64,000 nucleotides of DNA, from positions 17,594 through 81,593 of the forward strand of contig JAVZCB010000005.1 of assembly GCA_038874595.1 (NCBI GenBank), read 5' to 3'. A model generated the notes under the pieces. That model was not told where the DNA came from. It worked only from the letters and a program-made list of their open reading frames with translations, and did not search any database. Position 1 is the stretch's first letter. Each line of letters opens with the position of its first letter. Positions 9,241 to 19,206 of this stretch are shown piece by piece. The DNA comes from Candidatus Micrarchaeia archaeon (GTDB lineage Archaea; Micrarchaeota; Micrarchaeia; CAILAH01). A program made the translations under genes and the position numbers.

Positions 9241-10425
9241 ATGATGCTGACATTTGAGGAGCTGATGGAAAGGAGCGGTGTGTTTAAGGATATGAATATG
9301 CTTTCACCGCATTACATCCCAGATGTCCTGCCTCACAGGGAAGAAGAAATTGAAACCATAATGAAAACCGTTGCGCCTGCTCTTAAGAATACAAAACCAA
9401 AAAACATGTTCCTCTATGGCAAGACAGGTACCGGCAAAACTTGCTCAACCCGCCTAGTGATGGAAAAGTTCAATGCAATGAATAAGAATGCCATCATGAG
9501 ATATATGAACTGCAGGATTTATGATTCAAGGTACAAAATCATATTCAAGATAGTTAATGATGTATGCAAAGAAGATGCAAAAATGGGGTACCCTCTCTCA
9601 AAGCTTTACGAATCAATGCTGGAATGGGTTGAGCAGAACAACACGCACACCATAATTGTGCTTGATGAGATTGATATGGTTGATGATGTCGACGACCTGG
9701 TGTACACCATGACAAGGATAAATGATGAGCTTGAGCGCGGTAGTGTCTCAATAATAGGCATTTCAAACCGCTTACATTTCAAAGAAAAACTCGACCCGCG
9801 CAGCAAGAGCGCATTGTACGAGAAGGAAATCGTGTTCAGGCCTTACAATGCAACACAGCTGTACGAGATACTCAAGCAGCGGGCGGAAGGTGCCTTCATA
9901 AAGGAAGGTGTTGAAGACGCCGCTATAAGGCTCGCAGCCGCAGTTGCTGCACGAGAAACTGGCGATGCGAGATATGCTGTAAAGCTCCTGCACAAGGCCG
10001 GTGTAATAGCAAATGAAAATGGGGATTTGAAAGTTACTGAAAAGCACGTGGAAAATGCAAGAAAGAGCGTCGATGAGGATCTGGTTGTTGAGGCAATCAC
10101 CACCCTGCCACAGCACGAGCAGATTGCGCTGTATGGGATATCTTTATTGCAATTAAAAGGCAGCGCATATAAGAGGCTCGGTGAGGACGGCCAGGACATA
10201 TTCATGTCCGGAGAGGTATATGAAAGTTATGTAAAAGCGTGCAAAAGCCTTTCCGTAACCCCAAGAAGTGCGCGATGGTTCTCTGAATACTTAAATGATT
10301 TGGATATGCTTGGGCTGATTGCACTGACATCTTCAGGAAAGGGGACGCGTGGGCAAACGCGGTTTATTAAGCTGGCGTATGACCCTGCAAGGATAAAGGC
10401 CATTGTTGAGAAAATATTCAGCTGA
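9241..10425 (+). CDS. orc1: Orc1/Cdc6 replication initiator
   Basis: Walker A GKTGTGKT, AAA+ architecture, C-terminal winged helix; ATG start confirmed. Confidence 0.9.
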   Translation: MMLTFEELMERSGVFKDMNMLSPHYIPDVLPHREEEIETIMKTVAPALKNTKPKNMFLYGKTGTGKTCSTRLVMEKFNAMNKNAIMRYMNCRIYDSRYKIIFKIVNDVCKEDAKMGYPLSKLYESMLEWVEQNNTHTIIVLDEIDMVDDVDDLVYTMTRINDELERGSVSIIGISNRLHFKEKLDPRSKSALYEKEIVFRPYNATQLYEILKQRAEGAFIKEGVEDAAIRLAAAVAARETGDARYAVKLLHKAGVIANENGDLKVTEKHVENARKSVDEDLVVEAITTLPQHEQIALYGISLLQLKGSAYKRLGEDGQDIFMSGEVYESYVKACKSLSVTPRSARWFSEYLNDLDMLGLIALTSSGKGTRGQTRFIKLAYDPARIKAIVEKIFS

Positions 10426-10524
10426 TTTTTGATGACGTATACTACCCTATTACAAGCAGGCAATGCAAAAACTGAATAGTATCTAAGCACGAACATTTAA
10501 TTCAAGATTTTTTATATGTGTCTG

Positions 10525-11220
10525 CTAGCATTTAATTCCCGAAACAAAAAAGAAAGTTTTCCCTTTTATAAGCCATAATAACTGAGATAACAAATCGCTA
10601 TTTAGCACTGTTTCCGGTGAAATATGCAACACCCTGATGCTGTTTTGTTTGAACATCCCCCTAACTTCTTGAAGCGTATGATAGGACTCATAAGGGACTG
10701 CGTAGCGGTCGTAAACTGTTTGTTGTGATGCGCTCCCTTTAAGGATACAGCGGACAGGAAATGAATTTACAAAACCCATAATACGCTGGGGATTTTTGTT
10801 GAATGCGCTGTGGAGGAGCCATCGTACTGTACGGTAGTGTACCCGGCTATATTTGTTGTATAAACCGAGAATAATTCTACCGTTCGGCTTAAGATGCCTT
10901 GAGAGGCTTGAGACGCCGAGCGATACGTTTGGCGTATGATGAAGCACTCCACTGCATAATACAAAATCGAACTTTTTTCCTAAATTAAAGGTTAATATGT
11001 CATCACATACAAATTCAATATTGTCACTCACATCATGCTTTTTTGCCAACCTTTTTGCATAAGATAATTGTTTCTCGTTTATGTCAAGTGCAGTAACTCT
11101 TGCTCCGAGTTTTGCAAAATAAACCGCTTTTTCACCAGTACCGCAGCCTGCATCCAGCATTGTTTTTCCTTCCAGCTCAGTTTCATTCCTAAGCCCCCAT
11201 AACGAAACGAACTTGCGCAT
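10525..11220 (-). CDS. Class I SAM-dependent methyltransferase
   Basis: Motif I LDAGCGTGEKA and downstream methyltransferase fold motifs. Confidence 0.75.
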   Translation of the reverse strand: MRKFVSLWGLRNETELEGKTMLDAGCGTGEKAVYFAKLGARVTALDINEKQLSYAKRLAKKHDVSDNIEFVCDDILTFNLGKKFDFVLCSGVLHHTPNVSLGVSSLSRHLKPNGRIILGLYNKYSRVHYRTVRWLLHSAFNKNPQRIMGFVNSFPVRCILKGSASQQTVYDRYAVPYESYHTLQEVRGMFKQNSIRVLHISPETVLNSDLLSQLLWLIKGKTFFFVSGIKC

Positions 11221-11357
11221 CAGCTGCTTATGCCTTTTTGAAAAAGGATATATAAGGGGATAGGGATAAGATGAATAGAAAGAATATACCGAGCTGGCTA
11301 TTTGCGCATCCGAATATGATATTCAAACCACCTAAAAAATACAAAGAGTACAAAAAA

Positions 11358-12773
11358 TTACCTGACCTCACTTGGATATCCTTTATTTCTGCTTCTTGAT
11401 AATGCTGCATAGTCGCTCTGGCCTGCACGAAAGACACTGCCGTATGAGTCAAGCAGCTGCTCCTCAATCGATTGCGCACGCTTTATTGCACGCTCAACGT
11501 GTTCCTTTGAAATAAGTGATGCACCTTCAAATATTGCAATATCTCCCGCCATCTTTATGATGCCGCTAAGGTCACGAAGCCTTAATGTAAGACCGTCCTT
11601 TCCATCAATCTGCCTCGCGCGCAATTTTGATTCCTGTATTATGCGCATGCACGCATCATAAGATGCATGTGGTATCCTCCCATCTTTTGCAATCTCCTGC
11701 GCTATGAACTGTACCATTTTCTCGCGGTTTTTCTCGTTATCCGGCATAACCGTATTAAGCAGCACTTCATAACCAGAACCTATAATACGTGAGCGTAGGG
11801 GTGGAAGTATTGCGTGCACATCATTGATGTTAACTGCACCTACAAGAATGAAATCGCACGGCACGTTATCAACGCGAACAACCGCACCTGTGCTCGTTGA
11901 ATTCCTGCCTACTATCGGGAACTTTTTCTCCTGCATTGCTGTTAAAAGATACCTTTGTAACTCACCAAGCGTTGAAAGCTCATCAATGAACAGGACACCT
12001 TCGTGTGCTTCGTGTATTGCCCCGGGCACAACACGCTCGTGCGGCGGTATCCCAATATCCTTGTGGCCGCCGTACGGGTCGTGCCTTACATCACCAAGCA
12101 ATTCCGATTCTGACGCTCCTGTCGCCTGCACAAAAGTATTCCTGTCAAGATGGACCAGGATTTTTCTCTGCTGCTCACCACCTGCGCGCGTCCTGTTTTT
12201 GTATACCTTAACCTTTGTGCCCGCACGCTCATAGGTAAGCTCTTCCTCCTTGCCCTCAGGGGTTATGCGCTTCATCAGGACCTTATCATCGCGCGAGATG
12301 CGCGGCGCACTTGAGAACATATCTTCAATATTACGGTTTCTCCTATACTTTTCGGCACCGCAGTATAAGCATATGTTTGATTCCGGATCGCTTATTGTCC
12401 CGCATTTCCTGCATCTAAAGCCCAGCCTTTCAGAAACGTAGTATGGGGCATCGCGCGGGTCAATCAGCTTTGCCTTAAGTATTTCCTTTTTCTCACGTTC
12501 AATATCCTCTGCGGTTTTTATCTCAAGAATCGGCCTGTCAGGGTTCTCAAAATTGCTTAAAACAGCAATCTGCTGCGTAGGCTTTGGAAGTGCGGATGAA
12601 ATTGTGTTTGCAATAAAGCTCTTGCCAGTACCTGGTGGGCCAACCAAAAGCAGGTGCCTCCTCTGCTTCGCAACAATATGCGCTATTTCAAGAACGTGCT
12701 CCTGCCCAATCACCCTTTCAAGAGGGCTTTCAGGAATCTTTATTTCAGAAGTACTCTCAAAAGATAGAGGCAT
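11358..12773 (-). CDS. LonB-like AAA+ ATPase with zinc-ribbon insert and no protease domain
   Basis: VIGQE...GPPGTGKS, Walker B VLFIDEL, LRSRI...GYEV as in archaeal LonB; CxxC...CxxC insert; ends after the AAA+ module. Confidence 0.6.
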   Translation of the reverse strand: MPLSFESTSEIKIPESPLERVIGQEHVLEIAHIVAKQRRHLLLVGPPGTGKSFIANTISSALPKPTQQIAVLSNFENPDRPILEIKTAEDIEREKKEILKAKLIDPRDAPYYVSERLGFRCRKCGTISDPESNICLYCGAEKYRRNRNIEDMFSSAPRISRDDKVLMKRITPEGKEEELTYERAGTKVKVYKNRTRAGGEQQRKILVHLDRNTFVQATGASESELLGDVRHDPYGGHKDIGIPPHERVVPGAIHEAHEGVLFIDELSTLGELQRYLLTAMQEKKFPIVGRNSTSTGAVVRVDNVPCDFILVGAVNINDVHAILPPLRSRIIGSGYEVLLNTVMPDNEKNREKMVQFIAQEIAKDGRIPHASYDACMRIIQESKLRARQIDGKDGLTLRLRDLSGIIKMAGDIAIFEGASLISKEHVERAIKRAQSIEEQLLDSYGSVFRAGQSDYAALSRSRNKGYPSEVR

Positions 12774-12849
12774 ACGAAGTTAAGACCACACAATGTTTAA
12801 AAATACTTCTCAAAAGCAATTTTTACGACAAATGACGATGTGTTATGTT

Positions 12850-13497
12850 TCAATCTTTACGTCGTAAATTGTGCTTTTGGAGAATATCTGAAAGAAGTGA
12901 TACAAGGTAAAATCCAATAAATGCGCCTGCTATAAATCCCGTCAAGCCGCGAATCAGGTTTGTGCTCTCCCACATCCCAAGAAGTTGTGCTGTGCCATCT
13001 AGTCCCATAGGTATGAGCCCTACAAAGAGAAACAGCAGTGATGGCGTTTCTGGAATAAGCCTGCGGATATAAAGAAACGCAAGCCCTGCAAACACCATTC
13101 CTATATATAGCGCTGTATCCCGTGAGCATACAACAAACTTATACCCTATCATTCCATCTCGCTGCACCATCTCGGCCCTGTTTCTTCCTATTTGTGATAC
13201 TGAGTATGAGAATACACCATCCCATGCATGTGATGCCGGAGTAAACACGGTACGGACTATCGCGGTCCCGTTGTAATCATGAGGTATACATTCCCCAACA
13301 GACCACGTACCGCTTGCATTAAAAATGCAAAATGACCTGTAAATCCACTGGTGGCAGAGCGGCTCACCGGCAATATAAAGCCCTCTCGCAACATCTGAAT
13401 AGCCAAGATGGGCAGCTATAGGGCCGCCAAGTGTAAATGCAAGAAGTAAAAGTGAAAAAGACATGTACAATGTGAAGCTTAGCAGGAACTTATCCAT
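12850..13497 (-). CDS. Integral membrane protein (DUF2085-like)
   Basis: Cys pairs near the N-terminus, multiple TM helices, GLDGTAQ motif. Confidence 0.45.
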   Translation of the reverse strand: MDKFLLSFTLYMSFSLLLLAFTLGGPIAAHLGYSDVARGLYIAGEPLCHQWIYRSFCIFNASGTWSVGECIPHDYNGTAIVRTVFTPASHAWDGVFSYSVSQIGRNRAEMVQRDGMIGYKFVVCSRDTALYIGMVFAGLAFLYIRRLIPETPSLLFLFVGLIPMGLDGTAQLLGMWESTNLIRGLTGFIAGAFIGFYLVSLLSDILQKHNLRRKD

Positions 13498-13549
13498 TGG
13501 TCGTATATAATAGCAACAATTATTAAATTGTTAAAGCCTGAACTGAGGT

Positions 13550-14884
13550 ATGAGTAGTTTTCTCACAAGGTGTAAAGAGGCGCGTGATGAAATCAGCAAA
13601 ATGGAGGATGTGCTAATTGTTCATCATTACGATGCTGATGGGCTTAGCAGCGGCGCGCTCGTTGCGGCTGCACTTGAAAAGATGGGAAAAGCATACTCCC
13701 GCCTCTGCTTTAGAAAACTTACTCAGAAGGAGCTTGGGGAGATTGCACAAAGAAAGGAAAAGGATGTGATACTTGCTGATTTTGGAGGTAGCGTCCAGGA
13801 AGAGCTGGCCAAGATGGAAAAGAGGCGCGTTGTTATTATTGACCATCACATTTGTGAAGAAGGCCCAATACTTCAGGTTAATCCCAGGCTTTTTGGGATT
13901 GATGGATCTCGTGAAATGTCCGGCTCATCCACAGCGTATTTCACGTTTGGGTTTCCTGAGCTGTCACCAATAGGGATTGTTGGTGCGGTGGGGGATGTCC
14001 AGGCACCGCTGTATGGGTGGAACAGGAAAATGCTAGAAGAAGGAATTAAAGGCGGGTTCGTAAATGCTTACAATGACCTTTGCATGTTTGGGCGAATGAG
14101 CAGGCCGCTCGTGCCATTTCTACTTTACTCAACAGACCCGTTCGTACCTGGGCTGACCGGTAATGAGGGGAATGTTCTTGATTTCTATAATAAGCTGGAT
14201 ATACCCGTAAAAGATGCTGACGGTAAATGGAGGTCTTACATGGACCTAACTGAAGAGGAAAAGCTGCGCCTGCGCTCTGCACTCGTATCATACCTCTATG
14301 AGAAAGGATATAAGAGAACGGCGGCATCATTAATCAGGGAAGTGTACGAGCTGCTTACATATCCCAAAGGCACAGAGATGCGGGATGCGAGCGAATTCTC
14401 AACACTATTGAATGCCTGCGGCAGGCACAACGAGCCCGATGTTGGCGTGAACGTGCTACTTAAGGTGCAGGGCGCATATGAGCGTGCAGAAGCGCTGCTC
14501 GAGCACCACCGGAAGATGCTGCGTGAGGGTGTTGAATATGCTCAGAAAGTAATAGTTGATATTGGGCCGTTCTATTTTGTTGATGCGAGGGGAGTTATTG
14601 ATGATGGGATTATAGGTGTTGTTGCAGGGATGCTGTACAGCACCATATCTCCTGACAAGCCCGTGCTTGCGATTGCGCTTGATGCGGACGGGAAAATAAA
14701 GCTGAGCTCGCGCGGCACGCGCACGCTCGTTGAAAACGGCCTGAACCTAGGAAAAGCACTCGAGAAGGCATGCAGTGGAATAGGGGTTGGTGGTGGGCAC
14801 GATATTGCAGCTGGCGCAACCATTGAAGCAGACAAGCTGAATATATTTCTTGAGCGGTTTGGGAAAGAAATGCTTGTACAGTAG
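13550..14884 (+). CDS. DHH/DHHA1 phosphoesterase (RecJ-like/GAN-type nuclease)
   Basis: DHH motifs HHYDADG and IDHH; DHHA1 GGGH near the C-terminus. Confidence 0.7.
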   Translation: MSSFLTRCKEARDEISKMEDVLIVHHYDADGLSSGALVAAALEKMGKAYSRLCFRKLTQKELGEIAQRKEKDVILADFGGSVQEELAKMEKRRVVIIDHHICEEGPILQVNPRLFGIDGSREMSGSSTAYFTFGFPELSPIGIVGAVGDVQAPLYGWNRKMLEEGIKGGFVNAYNDLCMFGRMSRPLVPFLLYSTDPFVPGLTGNEGNVLDFYNKLDIPVKDADGKWRSYMDLTEEEKLRLRSALVSYLYEKGYKRTAASLIREVYELLTYPKGTEMRDASEFSTLLNACGRHNEPDVGVNVLLKVQGAYERAEALLEHHRKMLREGVEYAQKVIVDIGPFYFVDARGVIDDGIIGVVAGMLYSTISPDKPVLAIALDADGKIKLSSRGTRTLVENGLNLGKALEKACSGIGVGGGHDIAAGATIEADKLNIFLERFGKEMLVQ

Positions 14885-14891
14885 AATAACT

Positions 14892-14981
14892 CAAAAATAA
14901 TCCTGGAGCCCGCGCATCTTCTTGAATGGTACAAATAATGCAATAGGGCACAGCGGATAATTCAGAAATAATCCTGGAGCT
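14892..14981. repeat. Direct repeat duplicating the 3' end of rnhB (two ~19-bp copies, 71 bp apart)
   Basis: CAAAAATAATCCTGGAGC at ~14892-14910 and CAGAAATAATCCTGGAGC at ~14963-14981; second copy covers the rnhB stop codon. Confidence 0.5.
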
Positions 14982-15624
14982 TCTGCTGGTTCGCAAGGAT
15001 TGTTTCAACTGTGCTCCATCTCATTCTTACATACTCTTTTCCTTTGCCGGTGCGGAGCATCTCACGCACAGCAGCAACAGTTGATTCGTCTGATGGGTAA
15101 CCCGACTGGAAATTATAGCCGACCTCGTCACGGATCCTGTCTATCTCCCAATCACGGATTACCTTTGCCACAATCGATGCTGCACTAACAACCGGATAAT
15201 TAAAATCAGCCTTGTGCTCTGCCCTGATGTGCAACTTCCTTGTCATATGCCTTGCTATGCGGTGCGCAAAATTTTGCTCCGTCACATCTGGTGAGTCAAC
15301 GAGCACTTCGTGCGGCTCAAGCGGAAGCTCATCAAGCAGGTACGCTTCCTTCATCGCCTCAATCTCATTCAGTGAGAACCTCCTCATCAGCTCATTAAGC
15401 TCTTTTGCAGTGATTAGCACAAAAGAAGTGTAGAACTTCTTTCGTATTTCAGGAAAAAGCGATTCCCTTTCAGCACGCGTGAGCAGTTTTGAGTCTGCAA
15501 GCTCAAGCGATAAAAAATCCTCCTCTTCACCGCACACAAGAGCAATTGAAAGGGGACCGAGAACGGAGCCGCGCCCCGCCTCGTCAATTCCTGCAATCAT
15601 AAAACCAGAATATTTAAAGGGCAA
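14962..15624 (-). CDS. rnhB: Ribonuclease HII
   Basis: N-terminal IAGIDEAGRGSVLGPL catalytic motif. Confidence 0.9.
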   Translation of the reverse strand: MPFKYSGFMIAGIDEAGRGSVLGPLSIALVCGEEEDFLSLELADSKLLTRAERESLFPEIRKKFYTSFVLITAKELNELMRRFSLNEIEAMKEAYLLDELPLEPHEVLVDSPDVTEQNFAHRIARHMTRKLHIRAEHKADFNYPVVSAASIVAKVIRDWEIDRIRDEVGYNFQSGYPSDESTVAAVREMLRTGKGKEYVRMRWSTVETILANQQKLQDYF

Positions 15625-15874
15625 TGGATTTCTTATCTACAATAATGTAGTCAGACACTGCCATAACAGCATCATACGGCAATACTGTATGCCCCTGGTC
15701 ATCCTTCTGCATTTTTGATGCGAGCAAACTGTCAAAGCTTGCTTCCAGGACAAGTGTCTGTAGCTTACCTCCGGTCTCGGCAACCTTGATGTCAACGAGC
15801 CTACCGAGCTCCTCGCCATTGCTTGTTATTATTTTCTTTCCTGCCAATTGTTTCGCTAAAACATATTTCGGCAT
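15614..15874 (-). CDS. PRC-barrel domain protein
   Basis: 86 aa with ITSNGEELGRLVDI PRC-barrel-like motif. Confidence 0.55.
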   Translation of the reverse strand: MPKYVLAKQLAGKKIITSNGEELGRLVDIKVAETGGKLQTLVLEASFDSLLASKMQKDDQGHTVLPYDAVMAVSDYIIVDKKSIAL

Positions 15875-15978
15875 AAAACCACCAAACGATTAGACATACA
15901 CATAAAACTATTTAAATGTGTGCGCAAGAAAGACGTCACTGTCGAGTTTTATAAATATTTGTCGAACTTGTGGTGGGA

Positions 15979-18033
15979 TTAGCCAACGCTGCCTTCCGGA
16001 ATCCTCAGTGTCCTCACCGGTTTGCCTGCAACCAGGACTTTCCTACTGTCAACATAGAGCTCATAACTTTTTATAGAGAGGGCAATACCTTCAAATTCCT
16101 TAATCGTTATTTCATCACGCGGCTTCTGTAATATACCCTCAGCAACAACCTTATCACCTGGCCGTGAATGTGGCACACTCAGCACCTCAACCTCATCACC
16201 AGACATTGCAGCAAGCAGCATCCCTGCAGACTCAATACCACGTATCTTCGCCGGCTTGAGGTTTTTTACTATGATTACCTTCTTGCCAACAAGCTCTTCC
16301 GGCTTGTAATATGGTGCAAGGCCGGAGACAATCTGCCGTATGCCATCACCCATTGAAACTTTCTCAACGTACAACTTCTCTGCGTTCGGATGCTTGTCAA
16401 CTGAGATTATCTCGCCTATCTCAAGGTCCAGGTCTGCAAACGTTATAGGCTGTTGGGATAAAGATGAGGTTAAAGTTTTTTGCTGTTGCGCCTGCGCCAT
16501 TGCAGCAGCTACCTCTTTTTCATCAATCTTCCTGAAAACGGGCCTTGGCTCTCCTAATGCGTGTCCCGGCTTTAATGATAACACACCCAAATCATCCCAC
16601 CCGCGCCTTTCAATACCAAGCTGCTTGAATATTTCTTCGCTTGCGTGCGGGATGTAAGGCCATAACAGTATTGCAAGGTCCTTCGCTTGGTTTGCAAGGA
16701 TATAAAGAACTGTGGATGCGCGCACCTTATCCTCCTTAACTGCCTTCCACGGCGCGTTCTCCTGGAAATACTTGTTTGCACTGCTGGAGAATTCCATAAC
16801 TATACCTAGCGATTCCTTGATTCTCATCTGGTCAAGAAGAGAGGTTATGCGCTTGCACCTATCCTCTTGTGCTAAGATAAATGCCCTATCTTGCTCTGTA
16901 AGTGGGCCGTAAGGCACCTTCCCATCAAAATTATTCTTTATGAAAACGATTGTCCTGTTAATAAGGTTACCTGCATTTGCAACAAGCTCATTGTTGTTCT
17001 TCTCAGCAAGCACCTTCTCAGAAAAGTCACCATCCTCAAATGTTGAGACTTCGCCCAGGAGGCAATACCTAAAAGCATCTATACCAAACCGCTGGACAAC
17101 CCCAAACGGGTTAACTATATTCCCAAGGGATTTGCTCATCTTTTCGCCGTTAACTGTAATATAACCATGCACAAGAATAGATTTGGGCACAGGCAAGCCT
17201 GCTGAGAGTAACATTACTGGCCAGTAGATTGCATGGAACCTCAGTATGCCCTTCCCTATTACGTGCACGTCAGCAGGCCAGTATCTTGAAAACTTTACAT
17301 CATCAGAACCATACCCAACCCCTGTGAGGTACGTGCCAAGCGCATCAAACCACACATACATTATCTGGTTTGGGTCGCGCGGTACCGGGACGCCCCAGCC
17401 GCGTGCACGCTTCACTGAGCGTGATATGCTGAAATCCTGGAGGCCTTCCCGTATGAAATGAAGCATTTCATTCATTCTTGATTCTGGGATAACTTTCAGC
17501 TTCCCGCTAGTAATCATTTCCTCGAGCTGCTTCTGGTATTTGGATAACCTGAAAAAATAGTTCTCCTCCTCAACAACTTCTGGCGGTTTCTTGTGCTCAG
17601 GGCATAGGCCATTCTCAAGCTGGTGCTCTTCGTAAAACGCCTCGCACCCTACACAATAGAGGCCGCGATAATTCTTCTTGTAGATGTCACCTGATTTGGT
17701 GCACAATTCCCACATCTTCTGGACACCTTTTCGGTGCTCCGCACTCACAGATGTTCTCACAAAAGAATCATAAGACAGTCCCAACGTATCTGCAAGCTTC
17801 CTGAAACGCTCGGCGTTCTCGGCGCACAACTCTGCAGGTGTTATTCCCTTGGCTTCTGCGGCCTGTACATTCTTAAGGCTGTTCTCATCCGCACCTGTAA
17901 CAACGTATACATCATCACCGCGCAATTTATGGTAGCGCGCAAGCACGTCTGTCTGGATAAACTCAAGTGCGTGCCCAAGGTGTGGTGATGCATTAACGTA
18001 TGGGATTGCAGTTGTAATGTAATACTTTGCCAT
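15979..18033 (-). CDS. metG: Methionyl-tRNA synthetase with C-terminal tRNA-binding domain
   Basis: HLGH (HIGH-type) and KMSKS motifs, zinc knuckle CxxC, C-terminal EMAP-like domain. Confidence 0.92.
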   Translation of the reverse strand: MAKYYITTAIPYVNASPHLGHALEFIQTDVLARYHKLRGDDVYVVTGADENSLKNVQAAEAKGITPAELCAENAERFRKLADTLGLSYDSFVRTSVSAEHRKGVQKMWELCTKSGDIYKKNYRGLYCVGCEAFYEEHQLENGLCPEHKKPPEVVEEENYFFRLSKYQKQLEEMITSGKLKVIPESRMNEMLHFIREGLQDFSISRSVKRARGWGVPVPRDPNQIMYVWFDALGTYLTGVGYGSDDVKFSRYWPADVHVIGKGILRFHAIYWPVMLLSAGLPVPKSILVHGYITVNGEKMSKSLGNIVNPFGVVQRFGIDAFRYCLLGEVSTFEDGDFSEKVLAEKNNNELVANAGNLINRTIVFIKNNFDGKVPYGPLTEQDRAFILAQEDRCKRITSLLDQMRIKESLGIVMEFSSSANKYFQENAPWKAVKEDKVRASTVLYILANQAKDLAILLWPYIPHASEEIFKQLGIERRGWDDLGVLSLKPGHALGEPRPVFRKIDEKEVAAAMAQAQQQKTLTSSLSQQPITFADLDLEIGEIISVDKHPNAEKLYVEKVSMGDGIRQIVSGLAPYYKPEELVGKKVIIVKNLKPAKIRGIESAGMLLAAMSGDEVEVLSVPHSRPGDKVVAEGILQKPRDEITIKEFEGIALSIKSYELYVDSRKVLVAGKPVRTLRIPEGSVG

Positions 18034-18045
18034 TGCACACGCCCC

Positions 18046-19155
18046 CTAACATTTGATTTTGATTATTATCATTCCATCCTTGTACCGTGCATTCTTTTCA
18101 ATGTGCGAAAGTGCCTTGCTTATCTCATGCTCACTCCTGCCTTGCTTCTTAAGCTGGCGGACAAGATGTATCATCTGGTCTATATTATGATAATTCCTAT
18201 GTATGTAAGCTGCAGATGCGCGTGCGTTCCTCTCCTTAGTCTCAAGCCCGGCAAGCCGCTCTTTTACCTTTGCCAGTGCAAGCTTGCGGTGCTCTTCCGT
18301 TTCTGCTGCTCCTGCATCCGTATCATCTTCTGAAAGTGCTGGCTCGTATATCGTATCAACCATTTCAAGCACAGATTTGAATTTTATCTTTTCATACTCG
18401 CTGCTCTCATATTTCGTAAGATGCGCAACAGAATAATCCACCAGTTTGCCGTCCTTCTTGTATATGTAATAATTGCCCTCAGCACACACGCCCTTAATCA
18501 TATACAACAGGCGTTCCTTGTCTTCTGCGTTTGGCTCGCGCTCAGAGCGCGGGTCGATGCCGGCGCGCACAAATGCCTCCTCTAAGTATTTTGGCGCTAC
18601 CGCAACCTGTGACAGGATGCCTGCCATTAGTGTCTTCTTACCGTGGAGGGTAATGTGCCTCGGCTCAATAGAAAAAGGTGAAGTTTTTGATGGGGGAAAT
18701 AGGTATGGTACTCCCTTTCTCAGCTCTCTTCCACGCCAGCTTTCACGCCTGTAAATCACATCTATCACATTGTTATGGTCTGCATCACATAGGATTATGT
18801 TGCCGTTTGAGAATAGTTCAATAACGAGCTTATAATGCTTCCCATGCGAGGTTATGCTGAATATGAGTATGCGCTCAAACCCTGGCTGCTCTATGTTATC
18901 AATCACGCCGTTTGTGAGGCGCTTACGGAGTGCCATTATGAAGTTTGACGGCTGCTCTGGTGATGGGATTTCCCTCTTAGTTGAGGTTATATAATCCGGC
19001 AGCTGTATTAAGAGCGTAAACTTCCCATCTTCGTTTGAGACCTGGACCTTGAATAGCCTACTTGTCACCTGGTAAATCTTGCCTATCCTTGAGCCCATAA
19101 ACCTGCCGCTCATCTCCTTGGCAATATAGAAATACTCTAGGTCTGCAAGCTGCAT
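18046..19155 (-). CDS. NFACT-N (FbpA/Rqc2 N-terminal)-like domain protein
   Basis: N-terminal region with HGKHYKLVIELFSNGNIILCD resembles NFACT-N; only 369 aa, shorter than full-length NFACT. Confidence 0.45.
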   Translation of the reverse strand: MQLADLEYFYIAKEMSGRFMGSRIGKIYQVTSRLFKVQVSNEDGKFTLLIQLPDYITSTKREIPSPEQPSNFIMALRKRLTNGVIDNIEQPGFERILIFSITSHGKHYKLVIELFSNGNIILCDADHNNVIDVIYRRESWRGRELRKGVPYLFPPSKTSPFSIEPRHITLHGKKTLMAGILSQVAVAPKYLEEAFVRAGIDPRSEREPNAEDKERLLYMIKGVCAEGNYYIYKKDGKLVDYSVAHLTKYESSEYEKIKFKSVLEMVDTIYEPALSEDDTDAGAAETEEHRKLALAKVKERLAGLETKERNARASAAYIHRNYHNIDQMIHLVRQLKKQGRSEHEISKALSHIEKNARYKDGMIIIKIKC

Positions 19156-19206
19156 GAATAGGTTATATTAGTTATGTTTAAATAATGCGACCACTATTTT
19201 TATAGT

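Noticed and set aside
11228-11479. 83-aa ORF overlapping the 3' end of the LonB-like gene
   Set aside because: It overlaps the same-strand gene in a different frame, has a low-complexity hydrophobic translation and lies in a likely promoter/terminator gap; probably not coding.
14962-15624. Possible frameshift or pseudogene at rnhB suggested by the duplicated 3' end
   Set aside because: The rnhB frame is intact and full-length with all catalytic motifs; the duplication lies downstream of the stop.
16340-16657. Antisense and nested ORFs inside large genes (many in the track, for example within metG, lhr, nrdJ, infB)
   Set aside because: They sit fully within well-supported genes on the opposite strand or in alternative frames, have low-complexity translations and no motifs; treated as six-frame artefacts.
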